Position numbers and translations under genes: made by a program. The notes below the pieces were generated by a model. The model was not told the origin of the DNA. It did no database searches and worked only from the letters and a program-made list of their open reading frames with translations. This document shows, piece after piece, positions 49,557 through 62,890 of a stretch of 64,000 bases of DNA. This DNA comes from Scyliorhinus canicula (lineage: Eukaryota): NCBI RefSeq assembly GCF_902713615.1, contig NC_052161.1:52332528-52396527 (forward strand), read 5' to 3'. Each line of letters starts with the position of its first letter. The first letter of the stretch is position 1.

Positions 49557-51600
49557 ACCTTTCTTTATCACTTTATGCCCCCTTCGTATGCCCCCTTCAT
49601 AACTTACACACCAAATATATTTGTGTCATCAGTAAATTTAGCAACCATACCTTCTGTCCCTTCCTCCAAATCATTTATATAAATTGTAAAATCTTGAGAC
49701 CCAGCAGGTCCCTGTGGCACACCATCATTATATCTTTCCAGCCTGAAAGTGACCCATTTATGCTTACTCTATGTTTCCTATTAGCCAGCCAATCTTCCAT
49801 CCACACCAATATGTTACCTCCTACATAAGCTTTTGTTTTGCACAATAGTTGTTGATGTGGCAGCTGATCAAAGGCCTTATGGAACTCTAAGTACAGTACA
49901 TCCATTGGTTCCCCTTTATCCACAGCACATGTTATTTCTGCAAACAATACTCCAATAAATTGCTTAAAAATGATTTCCCTCTCAGAAAACCATGCTGACT
50001 CTGCCTGATTATCTTGAATTTATCTAAGTGCCCTGCTTTAATGTATTTAATAATATCTTCTGATATTTTCCCTATAGCAGATGTTAAGCTAACTTGTCTG
50101 TAGTTCCCTGCTGTCTGTCTCACTTCCATTCACTATTTTCCAATCTAATCGAACATTCCACCAATCTCGGAAATTTCGACAAATTTAAATCAACGCATCA
50201 ACTATCTCACAAGCCAATTCATTAAGACCCTGGGTCTTGTCAGCCCACCGCTACAGCCATTTTCTCTGTACCACTTCTCTGATGATTATAATTTTATTGA
50301 GTTCCTCCGTCCCTTCCATTTCCTGATTTACACCTGTTTCTAGGATGTTACTATAGTGAAGGCTAATGCAAAATACTTGTCAATTCATCTGCCATCTCTT
50401 ACTTTCCATGATTAATTTCCCTGGCTCACTTTCTATAGGACCAAAGCACACTTTGTTAATTCTCTTTTTTTAAATCTCTGTCGTATATCATTATTATCTG
50501 TCTTTATATTTCTGGCTAGCTTTCACTTATATTCTAATTTTTCCCTTCTTATTAATATTTTAGTCATTCTTTGCTGTTTTAAATATTCTGTCCTATCCTC
50601 TGAACCACCACCCATCAGTGCACAAATATATGCTTTTCTTTAAGGCTGATACTATCTTTAACTTCTTTATGTAACCACGGATGGTGGGGCCTCTCCTTGG
50701 AATTTTTATTTCTCATTGGAATCTGTCCTGAGTATTCTGAAATATCCACTTAAATGTCTGCCATTGCATCTCTATTAACCTATCCCTTTCCCTGATTTGC
50801 CAATATACTTTAGTTGATGTGCTTTCATCCCCTCATAATTGCCATTAGTTAATTTTAAAATAACAGTCTTAGACCCAATCTTCTCTCCCTCAAACTGAAT
50901 GTAAAATGTAAACATTTTATGATTGCTGCTACCTGGGACTAGCTTCAATATGAGGTCATTAATGAATCCTATCTCATTGCACTCTCCCAGGTCCAGTGTA
51001 GTTTGCTCTCTGGTTGGTGCCAGAACATGCTGTTCTGAGAAACAATCGAGAAAACATTCTATAATTCCTCATTTAGACTTGCCCATCTAACTTTTCCAAT
51101 CTATATATCGATTAAAATCATCCATGATTATCGCCATACATTCTGCGTTCCCATTATATTTTCCCTTATAGCCTATTGTGTGATTACTGTTGAAGAGCCA
51201 GTACACCTCTCCTAAAAGTGACTTTTTGCCTTCATCATCATCTTCCACATCCTTCTACATTCTTCTACATCCTGGTTTCCTGAACTTGGGTCACCCTGTT
51301 CTATTGTGCTAATACCATCATTAGTTAGAGCCACCCCTCCAATTTTTCTTCACTTCCTGTTCTTCCAAAATATTATGAACCCTTCAATATTCAGGTCCCA
51401 ATCTGTGTCATCCAACAGCCATGTCTCTGTAATGGTTATCGTGATCATACTTATTTATTTCTATTTGCGCTATCAGTTCTAATTTGTTTTCAATGATACA
51501 TACATTCAGATACAGAGCCTTTAGTTTTGTCCTTTTATCATTTTTGTAACTTTGTGCCTTGCCTGCTGGTTTACCTTTAGATCTGTACTCTCTGTCATTT
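49557..51600 (-). mobile_element. Degraded CR1 ORF2 (APE start through RT)
   Basis: KLKALYLNVCII...ELIAQIEINKYD (APE); GNYRQVSLTS...SQHGFLRGKS; GEPMDVLYLEFHKAFD. Confidence 0.85.
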
Positions 51601-53044
51601 CCTTTCATGCTTATGCTGCCAACCTGTCCTGGACAGCTTGGCTTCCGTCCCCCGGCACCTCCCACCCTTCCCCACTGACTCTGCCTCGCTTGTCTGGCCT
51701 CCACTCCATCCTATCCCAATGACCCTCCCTCCCCTGGCTGCCTCTGAGCAACATAGGCTAACATTTATGGGTGGTTACCAAGAAGGACAAAGCAGTGGTT
51801 ACTCACCCCAAAGTTCAGGAAGACATCTACCTCGCCAGGTGCACACCACCTACACATTGCAAATCCAAATACACAAATTTCTCGCTCAAAGATTTAATTG
51901 GGAGGGGGTGACCTATTTCAGGCCTTTCAATGAGTATGCATGACATGCAAATGCAAACAAAAGGGCTCAAGCGTTGGGAAGCCTGACACACCTTTAAAGT
52001 TTAGAGAATTTAATAACAGACATTTATCCTGCCACAGGGAAGTTGCACTTTGACCTCCCATGCTGTACAGTTCCCCCTTCAGCCTTTCTTCCTGCTCCAG
52101 GCAGGCCCGGAAGATTCCCCCCACTGTCTTAGAATTTGAGCCAGATTGGAGAAAAATGAAAAATGAACAACTGTAGTTTTCATCTGTCAAATTGCAATGA
52201 TTCTTCTACTGAAATATGAAGAACATTCCTCCTGTCTTTATCCTCTTTTGTTTGAACAAATGGGGAATTGATCTTTCCAGAAATGCATGCAGTTTTGTAT
52301 GGCCGATAATGGTAGGATAGATTACAGGTAGTTTACAGAAATAAGTTGTCCTGCCTGTGGTCCTCTGCTCTTTTCAGCATAGTATCTTGCTCCCTCGTTA
52401 AAACAACAATTTGTCATTCTGGCAATAAGCTAGTTATTTTAATAATCATTTTTCCACTGATATTAAAGCCTGACATGGTGAACAACACTAGAGTAAATAA
52501 TAGGCAGGATCGTTTGATCTAACAGCAGGCAACTATAAAGCAAACGTTTATTTTTCAATCCAACCCTATTGCCGTATAAGCACACAGCTGGGGTCCTGGA
52601 TTATTGGAGTCACAACTCCAGCTGTGTCCAGAATGAAAACATTTGTTTCGAAATATTTTCAAAGTAATAAGATAAATTATTGAATGTAGGTGTTTTTTCT
52701 TCACAAATACATTTTGCAGTATATATACAATCTTCGTGGTGCAATGATTTGCGTGTTTGTTCCAGAACAATTACCTCATGGGACACATTAACCTGCTTTG
52801 ACATAGACAACCATGAATAACACCTCAGGTCTCAATTGCATCGATACCTATGGCAGTCTTGAGGGAAGTATTGTGATTTAATTCTCTGTAACCAATATGT
52901 AGCCTTGTGCAGTCTTCTTAATACAGAATTTCTGTCAGGCTCGCGCAACAGCACATGGGCTTAACCAAATGCCATGCCAATAAATATTGTGCAGCCTTTT
53001 TGTATATGTTTCTAAGATTTTGATTTAGATATTCCTACTGTATG

Positions 53045-53245
53045 GGGTGGATGGTACAGTGACACAGTGGTTAACACTGCCTCACACTGCTAGCGACCTG
53101 GGTTCAATTCCGGCCTGGGGTCTGCCTGTGCCGAGTTTGCACGTTACCTTCATGTCTACGTAGGTTTTTGCAGGGTGCTCCAGTTTCCTCCGTGCCAATG
53201 TACAGGTTAGGTGGATTAGTTACTCTAAATTGCCCCTTAGTTTGC
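53045..53245 (+). mobile_element. Degraded V-SINE
   Basis: acagtggttaacactgc...ggttcaattcc head; gggtgctccagtttcctcc V-domain. Confidence 0.78.
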
Positions 53246-53639
53246 TGTGTGTGTATGAGTGTGAGGGTGGCTATGCTTGATGTGGTATAATGCCCCTCAA
53301 GCTATAATATGGCCCTCAGGCGATAGACTGGTGACCTGTTCCAGAAATAATTAGCTACAGAAACAGACAAAAGTCTGACCTATGCATAGTCAGGGTGTGA
53401 AAAGGTTGGGAGAGAGACTGTAAGGGATACCAGTTCCCAAATTAATTTTTTAGCCTTAAGCTATGAATACACTCTACCCCTTCCTGAGAAAATACTGCTC
53501 CTTTTTTAAATCTTGGCCATTTCTCAGTGGCACCATCTCTTAGGGATCTTCATTAGATAGAAGCTCTGTCATCAGTCTGATTCATATTAATTGTGTCACG
53601 AGTTTCCTTATTGTCTCTAACATTTGTCTCTGAATTCAT

Positions 53640-54050
53640 ACAGAACCTTTAATGGGCTCAGCATATCCCAAAGCACTTCACAGATAATGAAATTTGTCAG
53701 ATATATAGCCATTGTTGCAACGTAGGACACATGGCAGCCAACAGCAAGGTCCCACAAACATCAAATTAATAATGACTATAAAATCTGCTTTTTAGTAATG
53801 TTGAACAAAGGATACATATTGCCCAGGAAACTGAAGAGAACTTCCTTGCTCTTTTTTTCTTGTAACAGTGCCTTCGGATAATTTGCATCCACCTGAGAGA
53901 ACAGGTTTAATGCCTGATTGATAAGACAACATTTTCACCAGTGCAGCACTCCCTCAGTACTGCACTGAAATATCAGTCCAGGTTATGTTCTCAAGTCTCT
54001 GGAGTGAGAATTGAGTAGCGAGCCTTCTTAATCGGAGGTGTGAGTGGTTC
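53640..54050 (-). mobile_element. Deu-domain SINE (SacSINE1/AmnSINE1-like; approximate)
   Basis: gcagcactccctcagtactgcactg is the reverse complement of the Deu-domain core cagtgcagtactgagggagtgctgc; L2-like tail cccaaagcacttcacag. Confidence 0.72.
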
Positions 54051-54283
54051 TCCATCGAGCACTTTAATGCTTTATTTTCCTCAGGAGAATTCTATGGGTC
54101 TTCTTTCACCTTTGGCTTGTATGAAGGATTATTTTTTTCAATTCTATGTCAGTTACATATTTCTAGGTAAGGCAGCTGTTCCTTCACTTCCACGTCTGTA
54201 GAAGCATGGAGCAATTAGATTGTGTGAAGGTACCTCTTCCCAACTGAATCTTCCCAAAGTTACCACTAACATATGTTAATTGT

Positions 54284-54520
54284 GGCAGCACGGTGGCCTA
54301 GTGGTTAGCACAACCGCCTCACGGCGCTGAGGTCCCAGGTTCGATCCCGGCTCTGGGTCACTGTCCGTGTGGAGTTTGCATATTCTCCCCGTGTCTGCGT
54401 GGGTTTCGCCCCCACAACCCAAAAATGTGCAGAGTAGGTGAATTGGCCACGCTAAATTGCCCCTTAATTGGAAAAAATAATTGGGTAATCTAAATTTATT
54501 TTTTTTTTAAAAGAAAAAAA
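54284..54520 (+). mobile_element. Young V-SINE short subfamily with 14-bp TSD
   Basis: TSD catatgttaattgt at 54270-54283 and 54521-54534; intact A/B boxes; A tail. Confidence 0.95.
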
Positions 54521-54531
54521 CATATGTTAAT

Positions 54532-54766
54532 TGTTGAATCCACGCTAAGCAGAACACATAGATGATAGTAGAAATTACGAACAAGGTTTATTTCAATATA
54601 ATTCTAATACTCCTCCACTCTCCTAGGGTGATCTCCTTCCCTGACCTGCACCTAGTCTGGGGCTTTTATTTAGCTGGGGCTCTTCTTGTAGAGGGAAAGC
54701 TCATTCCGGGGAGATCATGGAAAATCATATTGTCCTGACCCCAGGATCTCCATTGGAGTTACAACA
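54532..54766 (-). mobile_element. Probable solo LTR
   Basis: TGTTG...ACAACA ends, AATAAA on the minus strand, about 235 bp. TSD not verified. Confidence 0.5.
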
Positions 54767-55149
54767 TCAATGTATGCCACAACACTCAAGGTAATGGGCC
54801 ATAGATTTAGAGTATATGTTTTGTCGGTGCAGGCTTGATAGGCCAAAGGGTCTCTTCTATTGAGTATGATTCCATGATTCTATTGGATAGAGTTTATAGC
54901 ACAGAAACAGGTGGTTCAGCCCAACAAATTCACACCTGTGTCAATGCTCCGCCCTTCATCTAACTATTCATCAATTCCATAATATCTCATACGGGAGCTA
55001 TGGGGTGGGAATGCTTGTCTTCCCCGTGCTCCTTGCAGAAGGGGTCTACTGGGAAGTGAATATATATATATATATATTCTTATATATGTCCTTATTAAAA
55101 ATTCCATTCTCCCAAACCACCATCACCACTTCTAACTTCACCTAACCTG

Positions 55150-55530
55150 TCATCATCCACTCCACCAACAACACCACTGACCATCACTGCCCCCCACCAT
55201 TACCACTCCCCACCATCACTGCCCATCATCACCAATCCCTATCATCACCGACTCCACCATCACTGCTCCCCACCATTACCACTCCCCACCATCACCAATC
55301 CCTGTCATCACTGACTCCACCATCACTGCTCCCCACCATTACCACTCCCCACCATCACTGCCCATCATCACCAATCCCTATCATCACCGACTCCACCATC
55401 GCTGCTCCGCACCATTACCACTCCCCACTATCACTGCCCATCATCACCAATCCCTGTCATCACTGACTCCACCATCACTGCTCCGCACCATTACCACTCC
55501 CCACCATCACTGCCCCTGACATCACTGACC
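55150..55530. repeat. C/A-rich minisatellite with an approximately 76-bp higher-order unit
   Basis: caccattaccactccccaccatcactgcccatcatcaccaatccct(a/g)tcatcac(c/t)gactccaccatcactgctcc repeated about 4 times. Confidence 0.88.
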
Positions 55531-55789
55531 TGCCATTGATTTTACTTGACCCAAGCCCTGTCTTTTCGCCAGGGACCCTATAACAACCGGTTACAAGATA
55601 TAGTGAGATGATCTGCAATAACATCATTTGCATCTACCATTGCAAATTATTCATGTTTAACAAGCGCTTGATTATATGACAAGTTTGAGAAACATTATGT
55701 AAGATGTGTATTCACTCTTAAACTAAACCAAGGTATTGTTCCCCTTTATTTTAATATGATTGAAATATAAGTTTTGCATTTACATGTAA

Positions 55790-56118
55790 GGGCAGCATGG
55801 TAGCACAAGTGGATAGCACTGTGGCTTCACACTGCCAGGGTCCCAGGTTTCATTCCCCGCTTGGTCACTGTCTATGCAGAGTCTGCACCTACTCCCCGTT
55901 TCTGCATGTGTTTCCTCTGGGTGCTCTGGTTTCCTCCCACAGTCGAAAGACATGCAGGTTAGGTGGATTGGCCATGATAAATTGCCCTCAGTATCCAAAG
56001 AAGGTTAGGAGGGGTTATTGGGTTACGGGGATAGGGTGGAAGTGAGGGCTTAAATGGGTCGGTGCAGACTCGATGGGCCGAATGGCCTCCTTCTGCACTA
56101 TATGTTCTATGTTCTATG
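55790..56118 (+). mobile_element. V-SINE long subfamily
   Basis: tRNA head, V-domain, tail ccttctgcactatatgttctatgttctatg. Confidence 0.88.
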
Positions 56119-56439
56119 TACACGACAACTACAGTGTTCACTCGATGTGAAAACAAAGACAGCTAATATTTGATCCGGTAATTGCTTGCCATATTTTATA
56201 ACTGCAGGATCTTATTGCACCTTTTCTTGGAATGTGTAAATGGTACTAAATGTATCCTGAAATGTAACCCAGCATGCAGCTTACACAGAAAAAAAAAGGA
56301 AATAAATAACAAAGTGTTGTGAGTTTTTCTTCTATATTGAAGCATGTTACATCTGGGAGTGCCAAAACATTACATCTTACCCTCTACATTTGATAGAAAA
56401 AAGAATATATTCAAGACGCTAATTGCAGTAACCTTTCTC

Positions 56440-56620
56440 AATTTGCATGTGATTTACGAGTGCGAAAAGACAAGAGAGGTCATCTTTCCACAGTGGGCCA
56501 GGGGGCCATCCAGACACACGCTGTGAAGGGAATGGGAGCAGGTGGCCAGGAAAGTCAATTCCAAAGGGTCCAGCCCCAAGGACCTGGCTGCAACAAGGTC
56601 ATTGATCCCACATGACTGGT
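56440..56620 (+). pseudogene. Possible Harbinger Myb/SANT accessory-ORF remnant
   Basis: EKTREVIFPQWARGPSRHTL*REWEQVARKVNS resembles the Myb_DNA-bind_5 pattern (VLFP...W..VA..V). Confidence 0.45.
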
Positions 56621-56907
56621 CAAGGGCAGTGGATGCATGTTCAAATGTCATCTCTTTTTCACAGCACCACCAACCTCACACACTGCTCAATGCACCGCAC
56701 CCCCATCTCTCACCTATCTGCAATCGAGGCTAACATTCAGATACCCAGCCTCACCCTCACACACTTAGCACAGCTCCAAACCTCACCCCCACATCTTGCA
56801 GCTTCCACTTGCTTCCGACTATCCAGCAATGACAGGCATATCGTTCAAATACATGGCAGCACACTAATTGCCATTATTCCCTTACTCTGGCAGCACAAAC
56901 TGGCATA

Positions 56908-57195
56908 GGGTGGTACAGTGGCATGGTGGTTAGCACTGCTGCCTAACAGCACGAAGGGCATGGGTTCAATTCCAGCCTTGGGTGATTGTCTGCGTGGAGT
57001 TTGCATATTCTCCCCGTGTCTGGATGGGTTTCTTCTGGGTGCTCCAATTTCCTAACACTATCCAAAATATGTAGGTTAGGTGGGGTTACAGGGATAGGGT
57101 GGGAGAGTGGGCCTAAGTAGGGTGCTATTTTAGAGGGTCAGTGCAGATTTGATAGGCCGAATGGCCTCCTTCTGCACTGCAGGGATTCTATAGAC
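56908..57195 (+). mobile_element. HE1-like V-SINE
   Basis: Head, V-domain and gggattcta tail. Confidence 0.85.
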
Positions 57196-58976
57196 TCTTC
57201 TATGGATAATAGGATGCTGCAAGAGAACATCTAGCAGTCAGGCAAAGCTGTTTTGCATTACTGGATCATCAGTGACTAAGACCGCAGAAACTGGCATCAC
57301 CGTGAACTCCCAGGATGTCAATAGGTTCCGGACTTACCTCTCAAATTCCACTTCACCCTCATCCTGTTATCTGACATGAAATACATACCAGAGCTGGTGT
57401 GACCAAGAACTGCCTGCTTTGCACCGCACTCCTTCCCCTCACTCCAACCACCTCCTTCTGTATTTCACAACCCAAGAACTTGGTGCCAGGCCAGCCATTT
57501 TAGCCTGACCATGGAGGGTGCAAACACAAGCAAACATCACATCACATCAAGGGGTCACATCACTTGCCCTGGCACTTGCAGCCGTTAAGTCAGATGCTGG
57601 CATTGTGTGAATGGTAGAGAGTAACTTAAGGCGGGGCAGCATTGGTGAGTCATCAGATACAAGCGACCTTCACCCAGACCAGTGGAAAAGATAACACTTG
57701 TGTTAGCTCGGAGCTCCCAAGGGCGAGGCCACAGATTAATTCAGTTGCAGAGGACTCAGATGAAGAGTTTAGTGGTGTGGTATATAGAAGAATGCTGATG
57801 ATGAGCATGCAGACGGAGATGCTTGCTGCACTGGCAAGCTTACTGTCACCTTCAAGGAGCATGGAGAACATAGAGCATAGAACATAGAGTGCAGAAGGAG
57901 GCCATTCGGCCCATCGAGTCTGCACCGATCCACTTAAACTTAACCGACCCACTTAAGTTTAACTCCAACTAAGCGCTGGGCTTGTTGTAGAGTTTGGAAT
58001 CCATCCTTTCCAGTGTAGGATCATTAGTTAGTTCTTTCTATGGATTACCACCTTGACATGGTGGAGAGGCTTGTTCACTCTGCCATTCCCTAAACTGTAG
58101 GGAGCAAGTTGCTCCTGGTGGCATTGCCCATTGTGTCAAGGTCAGATGGAGGTTCTAGACAAAGTGTTGTCCAGGAAGTCCTCAATGGCAGAAAGAAAAC
58201 TGCACATCTCGTTGACTGAGAGGGTGAAAGAAGGATGCAGCAGCAAGTGATCTGGAGATATGGAGACCCATGGCAGAAACTCGCAACCCTTAGTGAACAC
58301 CTCAAATCAAGGAAAACTGACTTAAAGCTTGCTGCTGTGCAGGATCAGTCAGCCACCATCATGGCTGTGGATACCAGGGCTCATAGAGGTATTCAGGCTA
58401 CTACAATAGTCCAGCAATCTGTTCTCCAATGGGTTACTAAGATGCCACTCAGGTCGGGTAGCAGTACCTCCATGGCACACCAACCTACTGTTGTCTCTCA
58501 AGATTATCAATTCAGGCGCCCACCACTGTCACTCCTCCAGTTCCCTTGCTGTTGCCTGACTCCAACCACCCTTGCCAAGATGGAGTAGTCCACAGCTGAG
58601 CCTTCAAGGCGCATTGTCGCTCAAGGTCCTCTGCAAGGTTATTTTCAGTTCTTCCAGTCAAAGCTCAGCAACCTTTCACCAGCCATGATGGAGCCACTGG
58701 CGTAGCACTATTTGGGAGCACGAGAACAGGAAAAGGCAGCCACAGGTTAGGCATTAAGGGAATGCGCAAGGCAAATAGTTCAGTTTGTTATGTATTATTG
58801 GAAATATTATTGGATAGAATTGCTATAGAAAGGTTTTTGGGGCTGTGATGGTTCATAGCACAGGGGTGGAGAGGGGAGCAATTGTGGAGCAATGATCTGG
58901 GAATAAAGTTTTAGGGAAGCTGGAGTCTGATTAACCACTAACAGACAGCCGATTCAGAGTACTGGGATAGAACATA

Positions 58977-60310
58977 GAATGATACAGCGCAGTACAGGCC
59001 CTTCGGCCCACGATGTTGCACCGACATGGGAAGTCAAAAACTAAAGGCCATCTAACCTACACTATGCCATTATCATCCATATGCTTATCCAATAAACTTT
59101 TAAATACCCTCAATGTTGGCGAGTTCACTACTGTTGCAGGTAGGGCATTCCACGGCCTCACCACTCTTTGCGTAAAAAACCTACCTCTGCCGTCTGTCCT
59201 ATATCTATTACCCCTCAATTTAAGGCTATATCCCCTCGTGCTAGCCACCTCCATCTGCGGGAGAAGGCTCTCACTGTCCACCCTATCTAACCCTCTGATC
59301 ATTTTGTATGCCTCTATTAAGTCACCTCTTAACCACCTTCTCTCTAACGTAAACAACCTCAAGTCCATCAGCCTTTCCTCATAAGATTTTCCCTCCATAC
59401 CAGGCAACATCCTGGTAAATCTCCTCTGCACCCGTTCCAAAGCTTCCACGTCCTTCCTATAATGAGGCGACCAGAACTGTACGCAATACTCCAAATGCGG
59501 CCGTACCAGAGCTTTGTACAGCTGCAACATGACCTCATGGCTCCAGAACTCAATCCCTCTACCAATAAAGGCCAACACACCATAGCCCTTCTTCACAACC
59601 CTATCAACCTGGGTGGCAACTTTCAGGGATCTATGTACATGGACACCGAGATCCCTCTGCTCATCCACACTACCAAGAATTTTACCATTAGCCAAATAGT
59701 CCGCATTCCTGTTATTCTTTCCAAAGTGAATCACCTCACACTTCTCTACATTAAACTCCATTTGCCACCTCTGAGCCCAGCTCTGCAGCTTATCTATGTC
59801 CCTCTGTAACCTGCAACATCCTTCCACACTGTCTACAACTCCACCGACTTTAGTGTCGTCTGCAAATTTACTCACCCAACCTTCTGTGCCCTCCTCTAGG
59901 TCATTTATAAAAATGACAAACAGCAACGGCCCCAGAACAGATCCTTGTGGTACGCCACTCGTAACTGAACTCCATTCTGAACATTTGCCATCAACCACCA
60001 CCCTCTGTCTTCTTTCAACTAGCCAATTTCTGATCCACATCTCTAAATCACCCTCAATCCCCAGCCTCCGTATTTTCTGCAATAGACGACCATGGGGAAC
60101 CTTATCAAACGCTTTACTGAAATCCATATACACCACATCAACTGCTCTACCCTCGTCTACCTGTTCAGTCACCTTCTCAAAGAACTCGATAAGGTTTGTG
60201 AGGCATGACCTACCCTTCACAAAACCATGCTGACTATCCCTAATCATATTATTCCTATCTAGATGATTATAAATCGTATCTCTTATAATCCTCTCCAAGA
60301 CTTTACCCAC
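58977..60310 (-). mobile_element. CR1 LINE, 5'-truncated, with an uninterrupted 417-aa RT to C-terminus ORF (59057..60310)
   Basis: SQHGFVKGRSCLTNL, DFSKAFDKV, GVPQGSVLGP, KFADDTK, LERVQRRFT; tail gggccgaagggcctgtactgcgctgtatcattctatgttcta. Confidence 0.95.
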
Positions 60311-60689
60311 AATGGATGTTGAATATATCCTTCCTTCTCCTGAAGTTCATGCCAAAGGCGACAATTCTCATAACTTCCTGGTCATACAGCCTGTGGCAAA
60401 CTACCACGGATTTGAAGACACATTCGGATGAGCATTGGAGAGTTTCCCCAACACCGTCTCCCCTCCCCCCCAACTTGCTGCCACCGCCTCACACTGCCCC
60501 AGTGGTCCAGGCAGTGAAAACCATGCCTAAAAATGCCAATGTTTTGTGCCACAACATTCCTAATAGCAGCATTTTTCCCATAGTCGGTTAGCGGAGAGAA
60601 TTTGGTGAGCTATGTGTAAAACGGGTAATAACCAGTCTCAGGTTCATTGTGATGGTTTCAATGTGATAAGGACAGCTGACTAACTCAGG

Positions 60690-61090
60690 ATGAGAGCATT
60701 GTGGATGCTGATCAGACAGCGGGCTTTCACCCGATTCATTGCAAACACAACTGCTCATTCAGGAGGTGAAACCGCTTGTGGCTCTGCTTCATCTCCTCAT
60801 TGATATATGACTCCCGCAAAGCCACCATTGCACAGGCAGTGGATCCCTCCACCATTGGGAATCCAGCTACACTGGCAAAAACACATACTCACGCCAGCTG
60901 CTTCACTCTGATAGGGCGAAGGCAATGAATTTCCTACTCTTCGGTGATGTCCTTGATGCAGGGATGCATGGCAAACTGTGAGGTGGTGACAATGTCACTG
61001 GCTTCAGCCTGGAAAGATCCTGAAGTGTAGAAAGTGAGGGTGATGGTGATCTTCACAACCACTGGTAGCAACACCCTCACCATGCTCCAC
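60690..61090 (-). pseudogene. Second Harbinger transposase remnant
   Basis: LPVVVKITITLTFYTSGSFQAEASDIVTTSQFAMHPCIKDITE...FASVAGFPMVEG...HKRFHLLNEQL. Confidence 0.75.
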
Positions 61091-61818
61091 AGCTGAAGGT
61101 CTAGGTGGTAACAGTGACACAGTTTAGTGACCGCCCCCTAATGAAGCATAACCACCACAGCCAACCTCCTGGCTGTGATGAAGGTAGGAGAAATGCTCGC
61201 CGAATACACAAGGCAAATTTTATTGTGGGCCATCCTCCTCTTACCTCTGTACATAGCTTTCCCTTTCTGCTGCATCTAGTTCACGTCCATGTCATTCTGC
61301 AGCTTGAGGGGGCCTATGACTACGACTCCATTAGATACTGCAAACACGCATTCGGGCTCCACTGACCTCCTTGGAGAAATCCCTGAGCACTCCCACTTTT
61401 CAGAACCCATGCCTCCACTCACTGTGCAGCAGAAAAAGTCACCAGTCTGGATCTTTTTAGTGCAGGAAGTTCCCGATGCAGTTGAACTGATGTTCGACTG
61501 AATGTTTTTAACAAAGGTCCAAAATGACGACTTGTGCACTGAGTCAGCATTACATGGCAATTGACATCATGATCTTCCACATCTGCATGCTTCCCTCACC
61601 CATTCTAGCACCCACATAAGGATGGTGCACCACGGGGGCTGTGCCAGGAGCGAATTGGCTGCCATTTTTGCGGCTCTGAATTCCCTTATACCACTTTTGT
61701 GACTTTGTTTCCCATTTGTTTACCAACGGGAGTGAGTGGAAAGTTCCTGCGATCTGTGTGAGCATTTCTGTATATTGCTGCAGCATAGTGACTTAATCTT
61801 TCATTTAGTGATAATCTC

Positions 61819-62412
61819 GGGCAGGATTCTCCCCTACCCGGCAGGGTGGGCGGTCCCGGCGCCAAGGAGTGGTGTGAACCACTCCAGCGTTCGGCCGCCC
61901 GGAAGGTGAGGAATCTCTGCACCTTCAGGGGCTAGGCCGGCGCTGGCGGAGTTGGCGCCGCGCCAACCGGAGCGAAAGGGGCTTGATGCCGCGCCAACCA
62001 GTACCGAAGGGCATACGCCCGCCGGAGGGAAAGAGTGCCCCCGCGGTACAGGCCCGCCTGCGGATCGGTGGGCCCCGGTCACGGGCCAGGCCATCGTGGA
62101 AGGCATCCTCCGGGGCCAGATCCCCCCGCCCCCCCTCCCTTCCTGAGGACCCTGAAGGCTGCCCGCAGAGCCAGTTTCCGCCGGTAAGTACCAGGTCTAA
62201 TTTACGCCGGCGGGACCGGCCAAAAATGGGTGGCCGCTCGGATCATCGTAGGCCGGAGAATTGCCGGGGGGGCCAGCGGCCGCCGACCGGCGCGGCGTGA
62301 TTCCCGCCTCCGCCAAAACTGCGGCCCGGGAGAATTGGGCAGCCGGTGGGCGCGGTATTAATGCCGCCCCCAGTGATTCTCCTGCCCGGCTGGGGGTCGG
62401 AGAATCCTGCCC
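61819..62412. mobile_element. GC-rich Harbinger-type MITE
   Basis: Perfect 14-bp TIRs GGGCAGGATTCTCC / GGAGAATCCTGCCC. Confidence 0.88.
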
Positions 62413-62890
62413 CACATCTCTGCAAACAGTTATGACAGAATCTAGTGCAACAAATTGTCACCTACATCGGCGATGACACCATTAATTGGAACAAGTTTCA
62501 TCTGCAGATAAAGCTGCTTTTAAAATTAATTTTGATTGTATCTTACTATTCAAACAATAAACTTCATTCAGCAGGCGACATTGGGATTTTACACTGCTAC
62601 ATGAATGTTAATGTTAATTCCACATTTTGTCACATTTGGGTTGGTGCAAGTGGAGAAATGGACAAAATTGGCACTGTATATAAACAGCCTTTTAGACTAT
62701 CATAAAATTAATGAGCAGATTTTGTGTGGCTATGTCACAGTGAGTCAATTCTGTAGCAGCAGGAATGCTATACCATACAACACAGAACGTATTTGAATAG
62801 ATTACTAAAGGGTCATCTCCCTGGAACATTAATTCTTTATCTCATTCACAGATGCTGCCTAACCTACTGAGTATTTACAGCATCTTCTGA

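Noticed and set aside
54284-54360. tRNA genes at SINE 5' ends (also 3102, 7361, 21840, 37991, 55790)
   Set aside because: A/B boxes continue into V-domain SINE bodies, with no complete cloverleaf or terminator.
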